This document shows positions 49,466 to 63,418 of a stretch of 64,000 bases of DNA, piece by piece. Location: NCBI RefSeq assembly GCF_001194135.2, contig NC_068993.1, forward strand, positions 32,733,138 through 32,797,137, read 5' to 3'. A program made the translations under genes and the position numbers. Below the pieces are notes generated by a model, which searched no databases, was not told where the DNA came from, and worked only from the letters and a program-made list of their open reading frames with translations. How positions within the stretch are numbered: the first letter of the stretch is position 1; every line of letters starts with the position of its first letter. The stretch is from Octopus bimaculoides. Its lineage: Eukaryota.

Positions 49466-52400
49466 TCCTCTATGATTTGGTCCCTCAGAAATGCAATGCA
49501 GAAAGTAATATTGATAGAATTAACAGAAGAATCAATGAGATCTATAGACCTGATTGTATAACAACAACAAAAAAATCACAATTATTTCCTTCAATATTTT
49601 GGACTGATTTGACTTATTAAATACACAGCAACACACAGACAGATATGTGGATTTTTAAAAATACCATTAACTAATTAGTTTAAAGTGCATCTTTTGTTTT
49701 TTATCTTCTAATTATCTATAGTAAAAGAGAAATTATGGTAGAAAATGCATCAATCAACAAGGCCAGAATTCATTGTCAGAAACTCATAAAAGAACTGCTC
49801 ATTAAACCAGTCCTACATGTCAGTATATCAAGAACTTTATTATTAGAAGGACTTCAAATATTGTTTGCAAAGTTTGATATTACTATGCTATAAATAAACT
49901 GTCTACATCTATTACTAGATCTAATAATACTAATATTATTACGACTGCACTTGCTGCTTGATATTAATGCATTTATATGGCATACTGAAGTAATCTTCAT
50001 CCCTTTCCAAAGAGCAAACAATTTACATAAAGGCAACAACACTGTTTGTATATTAAAATAGAACACATATACACTTCACACACACACACACACACACATA
50101 TATACATATATATATATATATAATCAGTTAATATACACAGGATTTGAATGTGAGCTTCTATAGGTTTCATGTTTGGATAGTGCAGTAATTGGGTGAGCTT
50201 GTATAGCATACCAACTTGAATGATTACAGGATAGTATCAAGCCCATCTGATTATTGTACTATCCAAGCATGAAATGTATAGTAGCTCACATTTAAATCCC
50301 ATGTCTATCAAATTATATTCATCTCCCACCAGATTAAGTACTTTTTTGTTGATTTTTACCAATAACTGAACAGTGCACTATATATATAATACATATACAG
50401 AGTGTGTGTGTGTGGGGGGGAGTTATATGAAAGCCTATAAACATATTCACAAGTAATCCCATCAAGATAGCCAGAGGAAAATGCGAGGAAAACTTATGGG
50501 AATATAACTAACACCAGAATCAGAATAGTGTTTATAGGCAATAGAACAATAGTGTTTTGGAGCAAAATTCTTACAAAATAAACAGATACTGTGTGTGTGT
50601 GTGTGTGTGTGTCTATGTGTGTGTGTGTACTCACACACCTCTTGCCAGAGGAGCAGGATTATACTACCTTCTTATATACTATGATACACTAAACACATAA
50701 ATTGTTATGTTAATAGCCTGACCAATAGTAAATAAATGAAATACCTGACTAGTTACACACTCAACAACAAAACTTCCATAAACTAGAAACCCTTCAACAG
50801 GTAAAACCCTTACCAAAATTAAAATCCCTTTGAAAGACAATCATGCAATATCAATGTATGTCAATATATGAACTAATATAAACAAAAGCACCATAAACCA
50901 AGAACCTGTTTACCCTACAAGAACTATAATTTCAATAAAGGACAACTCTAAAACCTTAAGAACAAAAGGTTCACAATCAACAACAACACACACACACACA
51001 AATAACAACAAATATATCCCATCTTCAGTTGCTTAACAGATGATATTATGGTATGTGTGTATGTATGAGTGTGTATGGATGCATATTTATGTATGAATGT
51101 ATACACTATACTATTTAGATACATATAAGATGATATGAACAAGTATGGGGAAGAATAATTCTTTTATATATTATCATATTGTCATTAAATAAAATATAAT
51201 CTTTTGAAGCTTAGGAGTTGTAGAGGGAAAAGCTGCAGTTAAGTGAATTGAAGGCTACTTAAAAATCAAAACAGCATATTCAAGTTAATATATGTTGACC
51301 TGAAGTATCAGGTCATATATTTCGATCTGCTGTGTTAGTGCCACTCAAATTTGATCTGCAAGTGTTATTCAAGCTAATATTCAGCACTGAATTGATATAA
51401 ACTTCAATATTAGTTACATTAGGAAGAGGTTTAAATTTGCAGTCATCCAACTCATGCCAGTGTAGGAAGAAAATTAATTGAAAAACAGAAATGTTTAGAC
51501 CAAGCAAATAGACCAAGCAAAATAATACATACACAGTTTTATTCATTTCAGTAACTATAAAACTATTCCAATAATGTAGAAAAACTAATATCATTTACAG
51601 CAATAACAACCAAAATAGTTATTTAAAACCCACTTCTACAATCACTAAAATTTAACTCTTAAAAATACAACCAAATAAAATTAATGAAATGAAATTTTAA
51701 ACAAGGAACAGTAAAGAGAATTTTAGTTTTCTCATGATACAGTTATATTAGTTACAGTTCTGTTATTATTATAACACTTATATCACTATTATATTATTAT
51801 ATAGTATATACTATTATATAACAGTAGTTATATTGCTGTTACATAACTACCTGTAGTACGGATTATTCTAAGTTTCTCCTTACACCTTATATTCTAGTGA
51901 TATTGTGAGTCACAGTGGATAACTCCTAAGTATGTTACCTCAAGTTAACTGCTGATCTTGACTATAAAACCAGACACTTCAAAATAATAGCTGTATATTC
52001 ACCATTCCCCCTTTTTTTTTCCAAATGTTACAACAGTACAATAAATATAATCATAACTTCAATAAATATGGAACAAAGAACTTTTCTATCAGGTTTATAT
52101 TGCCTTCAACTGTTGCTAGCAGTCTTGTTCCACCTGCTTCTTACCATCAACAATTATTCATAAGGCTACATTAGATAATTCATAGTGAGATAGTTTGATG
52201 TCCTACCCAAAAGGAGACTTATTCTTATCTCCTACAAGACTCGATCTCCCTTAATTATCCATTTAATCATCTCATCTCTACAGTCACATACCACACAATC
52301 TCACAGATATAGAATACATGGTGGAGTAGACTTAATCAGTTTAACACCACCATGGAGATTTCCACTCTGCTGGAAACAATCAGACCAGCTCTGAATGTTT

Positions 52401-53519
52401 GAGAAAAACTCCATACCTTGATGCTCTGCTTTCTACTACAGCAGCCCATAGAAGTTATTTCTTTCTCCCTGTCTCCAACCATCTTGGAGATTTTGTAAAA
52501 GAAATGTTAAGGGTGCTGTGCCTCAGATCCTTCACTAAGACAAAAAAAAACTACGAAAAAAAAAACAATCATAGTCTCACTATGTTTTACAGACATACAT
52601 GGAACTTAATTGTATGTCTATGAACATGTACTCACATGTCAAGCTCTCACTGTAACTATATTTCACAGACATACCATGCATATACCATAATTACAATCTC
52701 ACTGGTAATTATGTTTAATAGATATATTCTAGATGTACCTTAGTCATATTCTCATCATAACCGTGTTTCACATGCAATGGTAGTGTAGGACATAAAGGAG
52801 AATAAAACATTGAGAGATTTTTTTCTTCAAAACATGTTTCACATATATGCCACACAAAATATAAAATGTGTACAAAATTTTAAAATAAAGTATTTTTTTA
52901 TAAATGATGTAATAAAATAGTAATAAATAAACAATTTTTTAAAAATCATTTACATGGTTATCTGATTTTGTCAAACTGACTGGGAATAAAAAGAAAAAAT
53001 GCTATTTACATGTGAGAGAGTGTATACAAACTGGCAGATTAAATGGTGATAAATTGTGAATAAAGATTTATAAAAAAAAAAAGACACTTTAGTCAAAGTG
53101 ACAGATATGAAAGTAGGAGTTGATATAGCAATCAATCTAAGATCATTATATAATATTATTTATAATTAAAAAAAAACATTTGTAAACATTGCTCATTATA
53201 TATACAGATACACTGTTAGAAAAAGTTAACTCAACATGGAACTTTACAGTAATCAGCATTGATTGCATTAATTAGTTAATCACAAACATGATTACAGAGA
53301 TACATTATAAATAATAGAAAAAAATATTATTCTTTTGAAAATTAATAATACTGTCTTACAATACACAGAATTTCTGACAAAAAAATATAAAATGGAAATA
53401 AATTTAATGAAGAGATCCATACTTATTTGACTTTGTTAGTCATGTTTTATTAATTAAAGAATTATTAAATTTAGATTATATCTAAAAATGTTTCTCAGAG
53501 ATTATTTTTCTCCTTTTTG

Positions 53520-53684
53520 TTAAAGTAATGTCCAGTAGCCTTCTGGAATGTAGTAAAATGCTAAAAATATCCCACCCAAAATGAAGAGGCTTGTAAGGAC
53601 TAATACTGAATAAAGAGACAAATCTCTCCTTGGATACAATGTATGTCTGTCACAGTCAACATTCCTAGATAACCCAGTCCCCAA
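53520..53684 (-). CDS. Candidate terminal exon of an unidentified membrane protein
   Basis: Acceptor tttcattgtattttggcag; LGTGLSRNVDCDRHTLYPRRDLSLYSVLVLTSLFILGGIFLAFYYIPEGYWTLL-stop with a ~25-aa hydrophobic stretch; AATAAA at 53446-53451 (minus). No family recognised. Confidence 0.35.
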   Translation of the reverse strand: MGTGLSRNVDCDRHTLYPRRDLSLYSVLVLTSLFILGGIFLAFYYIPEGYWTLL

Positions 53685-55074
53685 CTGCCAAAATACAATG
53701 AAATATGTGTCCTGTATTGAACTCCAAACTTCTGAGTTAGCAGTGCAATAACTTTATCCACCCTACCATTCTTCTTCTGTACTGATATGTTAGTACATCC
53801 TTGAGAGTATAGTCTTTGTGCAATGGTGATTTCAAGGGAGAAGACCACAGAAGAGAACATTTCAGTTGCCTTTATCCAGCCTTATAGAATTTGATATAAT
53901 CATTGTATTCTAAAACAATAACCCAGTTAACTGTGCCTCTCAATAGAACCTATTTTCAGTTAGGTACAGGCAGTTTTTAATCTGTAAAATGCCAAGACAA
54001 CAACATATTAAGAAATGGCAGGATACCTGATTCAGGATGCCAATCAGATGGCACCCAACAGATATGGTCAGTTGAAATTTTTTCTCTGTTATTTCTTTGG
54101 TTTTTATTAATTTTTCAACTGTTTAGCAATGATATGAAGTAAAACATCATGCCATCACACAAATATAGTAATTTCACACACACACACATCCACACACACA
54201 TACACACACAAAAAATAATAATAAATTGAACTGCATACCAATTTTTTGGAATATACTCAAAAGTTCAGATTTAATGGAAGCAAAAGAAAGAGGGCGAAAA
54301 AAGCAATCTGATAGACTTTTGCGATTCTTATAATTCAAATGTTAAAAATATCAAATTATGATCTATGGAGAAAAAAAAGAAGAAAAAAAAGATAAAAATA
54401 TAAGCACTTTCCACCCAACTCTACCCACTTCTTACTGAAAATTAGAATTCATATTCTTGCGAAAATATCTAGTATCACACAAAAGCACAAACTGTCAGTA
54501 AAAATGCTATTCATCTTAGCAAAATAATTATTATTAATAATAATAATAGATTTATACTGTTTATTATAGATTTTAGAAGAAAACTGGAATTAAATTCCTG
54601 TTTGTTTCAATATGGTTACAGTAAATATCACACAGATTTAGATAAAGCTTTGACCCTTCACAGAATCATTAGTGAATAATATGGTGGAGATAAGGAATGA
54701 GGACAATCGGTGGGGAAGGAATTTATATAAAAATAAATAAATATCTTCAAAGCCAGCCTAAAAAAGCTCACCAAGAACAGTGAACAGTGCTAATTGCAGG
54801 GTGTGAAGTGAGTGGGGGAGAGATAAATACCACCCCTACTAAGACGGCATTCTCTCAAAAATAAGATTCCCAGAATGTCTTGCATATATTTCTATCTGCT
54901 AGGTAAACCAAGGGTTACAAAATTATAAGTTTTATCCAATGATACAAATGAAATGCAAGCAGTAGATTTGAACAGAGGACTTTTGAAGTAAGTAGTCCTG
55001 TACAATAACCACTGGGCCAGTTTGTCACAATTGGGCAGGGTTTGTTCTAAAAGTAAAAGGACTGAACTCACAGC

Positions 55075-55290
55075 CTGTTGTCATTAACAAGGGGCCTATA
55101 TGTATATGTATACTTACAGCTATACACATAAACATACACATGATGGGCTTCTGCAAAATTTCCATCAACCAAAGTACTGATCAACCCAAGGCTAAAGTAG
55201 AAGGCACCTGCTGAAGGTGTCATGCAGTAAAATTGAACCTGGAACCATGCAATTTCAAAGCAAACTTCTTCACAATACAGCCATGATTGT
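55075..55290 (-). mobile_element. tRNA-derived SINE
   Basis: Reverse complement of the 12667 family head. Confidence 0.7.
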
Positions 55291-56320
55291 CTCTGCACAC
55301 ACATGTGTGTGTGTCCAAATATACACATATATAGGGAGGGACTACACAAGTGTATAACAATCCAGAGAGTAAAAAAAACAAATATGGGGGGATCATTATT
55401 ACCATTATTATTGGTTATTGTTTTTATGGTTTTAGTAGTAGCAGCTGCTGCTGCTGCAGTTGTATAATCTAAAACTGACCTAAGAGTGGATATGGATTCA
55501 CCGGTCCCACATCCCTGTCAATAATACCTATCAGTTCCTGTATACATGTCTTGCCAGGTCTGTTACAGTAAAAACAGTTTCTTTTTTTGCTAAGCTATAA
55601 ACATACTGTGACCAGGATCAGGTCTAGGATGATGGCACCTGAATAAGCTGAATTTCAGCACCCTCACAACTAGAAATAAACAAATTTCTAATAATTTATC
55701 AAATGTAAGAATGTTTTATTTCATTTTTTTATTTTCATATTTTTCTTTGTGTATTTCTTGGAACATATGAAATATGACACAGCACCCCAACCACAACGCT
55801 TCTTTAAGCACATCACATCCCAGGCAACTACTTGTGTTGCTGGTAACGTCAACAGCTTCGACTGTGACACTTGTATTATAAAATATGTTGACATTTTTAA
55901 TACGTAAATATTCTAATTCATATGTAAATTAGGATTTTACTTTGGGTTTGTTTGTTTTTTAACAAGACAATACTTTCTTAAACCCAGCAACATTTCTATA
56001 CTACTAATAAACAGAATTAATGGTATTCTAAAAGAGATATCCATTTACTCAATATAACTTCCACATAGCATATGTCCCCTTTCTTTAGTAACTTAATAGT
56101 TATTAATAGTTATTAATAGTTTCAATATGTGACCTCAGTTCAGATCTTTTGCAAAACAAATAAAGGCTTTATTATAGCAGTTTTAGTAAAAATGTTACAG
56201 GCTTATAATAATAGTCAAAACAACTATTGACAAGTAAATAATTTTCTTTGTGGAGAGAAAAGCACAATTTGTTGGCAGTAAATATACTTACTGTAAATTT
56301 GAGTTTATATATATATATAT

Positions 56321-56710
56321 NNNNNNNNNNNNNNNNNNNNNNNNNNNNNNNNNNNNNNNNNNNNNNNNNNNNNNNNNNNNNNNNNNNNNNNNNNNNNNNN
56401 NNNNNNNNNNNNNNNNNNNNNNNNNNNNNNNNNNNNNNNNNNNNNNNNNNNNNNNNNNNNNNNNNNNNNNNNNNNNNNNNNNNNNNNNNNNNNNNNNNNN
56501 NNNNNNNNNNNNNNNNNNNNNNNNNNNNNNNNNNNNNNNNNNNNNNNNNNNNNNNNNNNNNNNNNNNNNNNNNNNNNNNNNNNNNNNNNNNNNNNNNNNN
56601 NNNNNNNNNNNNNNNNNNNNNNNNNNNNNNNNNNNNNNNNNNNNNNNNNNNNNNNNNNNNNNNNNNNNNNNNNNNNNNNNNNNNNNNNNNNNNNNNNNNN
56701 NNNNNNNNNC
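56321..56710. other. Assembly gap
   Basis: N run. Confidence 1.
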
Positions 56711-56913
56711 ATGGGGAGCAAGATTAATCAATACATAACAGAGTTAAGAACAACAATAAATAAATAAAAAAGTGAGATTTTACATAATTGTTTCTTTGAG
56801 ATTTGTATCTCTACTTTTGGTCACAAGTCAGTTGCTATAGAAACTGGAGATGTAAAACTTGGAGTAGAGAGGTGTAGAATCACAGCTTTTACTTCTTCAC
56901 ACATATATGCATG

Positions 56914-56962
<49 letters not shown>

Positions 56963-57840
56963 GTATATACATATACACACATTATATGAGAGAAAATATA
57001 ATACAGAAGGAAAATAATTAATGAAAATAGCTAATTAACACTGAACTAAAATTCCTTATATCTGAAGTGGTACATATATTATGTGCATGCATGTGTGCAT
57101 GTTTGCACATGTGCATGTAAAAGAATCAAGTTTTCTTTTCCTTGTTCTCCACCAGGCTATCGTCTGCTATGAGGCATAGGTTATAACCATTATAGTCAAG
57201 AAGCCAAGTGTAACCATGGAATGTGATGTTTGAAAATACCATCAGATACTCAATGAAGGCAAAGATAGAATACACTGAAAGAAGAATAAATTAGTATCAG
57301 AGAGAGAGTGACAGAGACAGACAGAGAAATGTGCCAATACAATAATAATTTAAAACATTAACATGTGCACAGAAATTTAAACCTTTTGATACCAACCCAC
57401 CTGAAACCATCCCAGGTTCTATGATAGCAACTTCCCATCAAAATTTCACTTTTCTTAACACCAGCATTATAAAGACACAGTTAATTTAAGAAATACTTCA
57501 TTACTTTCAACATTAATTGAAACAAAGGCCAGTGTATTTGAATAGAAAAATGGTAACTAAACGGTTAATAATCCAAGTTAAAAACTTGTCTTCAGAGAAA
57601 ACTTGAATTCAAGGTAGAGAAATCAGAAAAATAATCTTAATATAAACCCGTTCCTCAATAATATTTTTGATTTATTAGCATTCATAACACTAATTTTGAG
57701 GGGTTGTAATTAGTATTACAAATAAACAAAGTCGTTATTTCTCAATGGTGTCAGTAAAGACTGAAAAGGGGGAAAACAAATTGCAATGTTTAATAAAATT
57801 CAGATGTATTCGTTATTAGCAATGGAAACAGCATCAGTTC

Positions 57841-58042
57841 AAAATAGCATTCTGTATAGTTTACTTAATGTGGATATACAGCAGAAAGCCAGAAAACTGC
57901 AGTATTCATCTTAAGAAATCATCTTGTATGGAAATATAGTGCTCTATATGTCTGTAAGTGATGCTTTCTTGAAATGAATACTGCAGTTTTCTGACTTTCT
58001 ATGGTATATCCACATTAAGTAAGCGATACAAAATGCTATTTT
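57841..58042. repeat. ~200-bp fold-back palindrome (MITE-like)
   Basis: ~78-bp outer arms with about 9-10 mismatches, plus an imperfect inner stem closing on tgct. Confidence 0.9.
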
Positions 58043-58471
58043 AAAGTTAATATGGTTTTAAAACATTTTCTACTTATCCAGCAACATCATTATGAAGAAA
58101 GATTTTTATGGATGTAAATTCTATTTTGTTGGATTGTTAATAAATGAGGAAGACAAGCAAAAAATGTTTTACTAATAGATTAAGTATGTGGCCAGGGCTG
58201 CTATTCATCAGTTTAAAAACTTCTGAACAAAGGGTACTATGGATGGTGTGGTGGGGTGTGTCAGTAGATACTAGGCAGAGACACAGTTCACAAAGTAACA
58301 GAAATTTATTCAAATGATTCTAATTTAATGCCGTGATTAAACCTTTACCATAAAAACCTATCTGAACCACTTTACACCAATGACATAAAAAAGGGACCTG
58401 TTTTATAGTTATCAAATGTAATACAAACTGTCCACTCTAACTTTATATAAAAACTTTCAAGTGGCTCCAAA

Positions 58472-58645
58472 CACCCACATAATACTCTCTGAGTGGTTGG
58501 CGTTAGGAAGGGCATCCAGCTGTAGAAACTCTGCCAAATTAGATTGGAGCCTGGTGTTGCCATCCGGTTTCACCAGTCCTCAGTCAAATCGTCCAACCCA
58601 TGCTAGCATGGAAAGCGGACGTTAAACGATGATGATGATGATGAT
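58472..58645 (+). mobile_element. RTE LINE 3' end
   Basis: Near-identical to 14408-14581; (GAT)n tail. Confidence 0.9.
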
Positions 58646-58736
58646 ATATATATATATATATATAAACATGGACAGTCCTATATGGTGGCTCAACCTTCTA
58701 GATGTAGCAGTTAAATCTGCATCGAATCACCCTATT

Positions 58737-58958
58737 GTTTTTAACATTCAGATTGCTCCATCAAATGTAATGCTTATTTATTCACGTTGTTTTGAGTTAA
58801 TCATGTGTTATCTAAGAGCTCCAAGATTTTGATGTGATAGTTTATTTTTAGAATGACATTACAGGGTAATTGTGAAAGATCAGATCTGACTGGTTTGAAC
58901 ATAAGACCAATAAAAAATCTAGGCCTGATATGGCTGGTTTAAATGCTAAGAGATTGAA
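58737..58958. mobile_element. piggyBac-type MITE (decayed)
   Basis: Internal match to 45181-45421. Confidence 0.65.
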
Positions 58959-59752
58959 ATAAAGAAAACAGTAGAGAATGAAGAACTAAATATATTTAAG
59001 ATGATAGAAAGGTCACAGCTGGTTTACTTATCATCATAGACCAGAACTGACAAAGTTAAACAACAACAGCAACAAATAAAATATTTTTTTTCATTAACCT
59101 CTCTAATTTCTGCATAATTTTCACTATGAATCAAAACACAAGGCATAAAAGTAAACTTTAAGAGTCATAAAAAAGGTAGGGTGCATAGGTACGTCAAGAG
59201 TGGTGTCCTCAAATTTTAGGAAACTTGGACTTTCTGAAGGATGCAATGGTTTAACAGCTGACAACAAATACAAGTAATTTAATAATTTATTTCATGCTTT
59301 GACAAATCTGAGTGTGAAAAATACTTCTGAAAGTCTTTAATTCTCTGTTTTTGCTCTCAATCTGTACATCTTTTACTTATTTCAGTCATTAGACTGCAGC
59401 CATGCTGGGGCACTGCCTTGAAGAATTGTTAGTCGAAGGTATTGATTTCTTCAAAGACTGATACTTATTCTATTGGTCTCTTTTGCCAAACCACTAATAC
59501 TATACATGTATGGGACATCATTGCCATCTTTCTTTACTTATTACTGCTTTCTCTGTCTCCTCATTTACCCTTTTCTGATGAGCCAAAGTGCACCTGAGCA
59601 CTGAAAATAAGCTTGTTGTTATGATTATGAAATCTGAAAGTAACTAATGATTTGTATGAGGGAAGTTCAAACAGCAACAACACTGTAGATCACAGACCCA
59701 AACTAACCAACACATACAAGAATATAGATTACATTGGCACACTTGTAACTGG

Positions 59753-59794
<42 letters not shown>

Positions 59795-59904
59795 AAGAAA
59801 GAAAGAAATGCCACCACCACCATCACAACAGAGGCTTATAAAAACTGGGCTGTACTGTCAACAGATGCAGTAGAATTGTGCCAGTGAACATGTCATAAAT
59901 GCAG

Positions 59905-60070
59905 TTCTATATTTAAGGGATGAGGAATTATGTACATTATTTACATTTGACAGATATTTGTTTACATCATGTTTGTTGTTAACACAATGTTTCAGCTAAT
60001 ATAGCCGGGTTTGAAATTTCCCCAAGACACCTGATGAGGACAAATATCTGTCAAATGTAAATAATGTCAC
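59905..60070. mobile_element. Fold-back remnant of a Penelope pLTR
   Basis: Both orientations of the 42050-42170 pLTR joined; perfect 28-bp inverted repeat at 59934-59961 and 60040-60067. Confidence 0.85.
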
Positions 60071-60174
60071 AAATGGTTTTGACATTTCGTAATAATTGAA
60101 AATATATTATCAAACAAATGAAGTAAATGTAATAAACTTTCTGTGTTTTTCCAATGAACAAATCAACTCTTCCG

Positions 60175-60480
60175 CTTCTTCTTTTACTTGTTTCAGTCAT
60201 TAGATTGTGGACATGCTGGAGCACCACCTTGAAGAATTTTAGTCAAATGAATCGACCCCAGTACTTGTTTCTTATTTTTTAAGCCTGATACTTATTCTAT
60301 CGGTCTCTTTTGCCGTAAACACAATAAGACCAGTTATCAAGCAGTGGTAGGAGACAAAGACACACACATACATACATACATATATGTACACACAATCAGT
60401 TTCCATCTACTAAATCCACTCACAAGGCTTTGGTCAGCCCAAAGCTATAGTAGAAGACACTTGCCCAAGGTGCCACACAA
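60175..60480 (-). mobile_element. tRNA-derived SINE
   Basis: Reverse complement of the 12667 family. Confidence 0.8.
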
Positions 60481-63329
60481 CACAATATTTACACTATGAC
60501 TTGCAATACTTGTTTTTGTATGTGTGTATAACAGAAAGAGAGAGGGGGAGATGATTTAAAAATATACGTATATATCTCAAAAGACATGATATATTTTTTT
60601 TACAAATTGATACACCTTCTAGGACATACAATGAGAAATTATTAATACTGCTTATAATAATAATGATGATGATGATGATGATAATGACTATTACTACTAC
60701 CCCTATTATTATTATTAATGCTACTAATCCTCAATAATCCTTTCTAGTGAGTTATTAGTTATTTTATTTATTGATCCTTACAAATAAGCTCCACTTACAA
60801 AAGACATCTAACACTATTAATTGATTTTACAACCTCATTACAACATAAAGCAGCCAACATTTACTCCAACAAAAAAAAAACAATCAAACAAACATGTAGC
60901 CATATATTGTCTTAAGATTCGGCCTTTAATCCAATAATCCCTTGGTGTTTCATAATTTTTGTTTATGTAAAAGATTAATTTTGAGTAAATGGACACAGCT
61001 GAAGATTGAAATGGATTTGAACTGTAACTATCATCACCACTGCTATCATCATCACCACCATCAACATCCTTTCTATGTACATACTTCTATGGGTTGGATG
61101 GCTTTCATATACTGTCATAACCCCTTTTATCCTCAATACACATCAATGTTTCACAGGTGGATGTCCATCCTACCAACAACCACTGGACTGGGTACATTTG
61201 GTTCTCCCAACACTGGAGATTTTGTCTGCAGCAAGACTAAAACAATCCCCTCTGCTCTCTATTAGTTCTTATTACAGATACTGTCTTCCAAAATGAGGCA
61301 TCATCAATGCATCTACATCACCTTCATTCATTCTTTCTATCTTGGTTATAAAGTCATCTAAAGAGAGCTAACTGATTGTATGCTCTGTCTGAAAAGGGAC
61401 TGTCAAACTAGTCATTTCAGGAGGAAATCTTCCACAAAGCACCACCAAAATTCTGTGACCAACAAGCCAGATAATCTTTACTATAGATAAGCAATGACTG
61501 GCAGACTGGGATCTAGGAAAAGTCACACTTGCAGGAACATACAACTTTTGCAAACTGTAGACTTTCATAATTCATCTTTATTTTTCATCATTTATAAAAG
61601 TGAAATGGTTAGTGTAAGATATGGTATTGAATGACCGGGATAAGAGTTCTAAATTCATTGACAAATACAGGCACATCCAACATGGATTCTAGATTTATTT
61701 AAATTATTTCCACCTCTAGAGGATATGTCATAATTAAGACTTTGGAGAATTTTTGATAATCTTGAGATTATCTTCCCTATGACAGGTGGAGGTAATTTTT
61801 ATAAATCAAAAAATTATGTTATATGGTATTTGATATAGCTATGTTGGTCTAAGGTATTCTTTCCAACTCCTACACTGCCTCTCGTACCTTTGATGGATTC
61901 GATTCACCTGTGATGGTGGAGAGGGAGATGGTTATTGATATTGAGTTGTCTCTCTCACTTGTACAACAGCTTAAAAAAAAGTTGAGATAACTATCATCTC
62001 TAAATACTCCAGTGGTTTGAGAAAGGATTTAAAAAATACTCCTTGGAGCAGGCTCCATCATCATCAACCAACAGAAGGAGTAGGATGATAAGAAGAAGCT
62101 GGGTGTCTTTAGGAGAATAATTCACTGGGTTATGAGTAATCTATTACTCATAACCATTACTACAAATCTATTGTCATCAGGAGCTACTATCCCCTATACT
62201 TCCACTACATAAGTGCCCCACCCTACTGCTTTCTGTCATTTATCTATACAGACTTACTGTTTCCTCTGATGTTATTGTAGATCAGTTGTTAATGTGCTAA
62301 CAGTATTCAGCTGACCTCTTCCATTGTCACTATTAACATGAAGCTCCTGTACCTGCAGTACAATTCTACTGTGATGATGAGCAGCTATTCCAACAACAGA
62401 AATGCAGTCTGTTGAGGTCTGCTTTGATACCTTCTCTCAATCCACAAGGAGTAATAATAGTTTGTACCATCACTTTCATAGCAGTTATTTTTAGCACTGC
62501 TGGGTTCCCTCAACCCTCCTAAGGAGCAAGTCTGATGGAGTTACCAGTTTAGCTCACAACAACCCAGCCCTGATGTTTCCAAGCTGGGTTCTTTCTACTG
62601 CTTTTTCTACTATTTAGTCATATAATCATAACCTCTAACTGCATTTTCCCTCCTTACAAAACTTGGCAAAACAACCAAAATTCCATAACCAACTCTCAAC
62701 ACATTTGTAGGGATTTCTCTCACATCTAAACATTTCACCCTTAGACATCTCACCTTTTCTTTATACTAGTTTATAACACTATACACATATGTGTCAATGT
62801 ATCTCATCATATTGTTTTCATGTCAATCAATTTTAATCATGGAACCCAAACCTACATTTTACAAATAATCTCTGTCATATAAACTTTTATAAGACTTTGA
62901 AATATAACAAAAATTGAGATAAATTTTAATCATATAAAAAAATTTAGTTTGAAAATATTGAATAAAATTTGTTCATAAAATTAAATTTAATCAAATTTTA
63001 ATTCCTTATCTTGCAGAATCCCACAAAATTTACAAAGAAACCCAAGTTTCCTCAGAACCCAGTTAGACAAACTCTGCTCTGAGGAAGCCATAACCACATA
63101 TCAATAGGTGCAACTATCTGCCTCTATTGTTATTGGCCATCATGGAGCTTTCTATGGCCATTTGAGCTGTTAGAAATCACAGCCAAATTCCTTTAAATCA
63201 TACCTACTGTCTCCAGAAAAAAAAGATTACACTGGACAATGTCATACTATATATTAAAATATCGAAAGTCTTGGCTGGAATCATGACTAAGTTGAGCTAA
63301 GCAACAAGAACATAGATATGAGCATATGC

Positions 63330-63377
<48 letters not shown>

Positions 63378-63387
63378 NNNNNNNNNN
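63378..63387. other. Assembly gap between (AG)n and (GT)n
   Basis: N run. Confidence 1.

Positions 63388-63418
<31 letters not shown>

Noticed and set aside
52317-52357. Short hairpin catggtgg...ccaccatg as a possible pre-miRNA
   Set aside because: Only about 40 nt, and the stem does not extend.
52416-52481. 66-nt minus-strand exon candidate encoding MVGDREKEITSMGCCSRKQSIK
   Set aside because: Plausible splice sites, but it lies downstream of the candidate stop exon and has no other support.
59575-59610. CTGATGA...AGTGC/GCACT-GAAA hammerhead-like string
   Set aside because: Five unpaired nt after the core; no stem III palindrome or stem I.
61230-62460. Coding-looking minus-strand stretches (LSLDDFITKIERMNEG...; IVLQVQELHVNS...)
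   Set aside because: In-frame stops, no coherent splice pattern or recognisable family.
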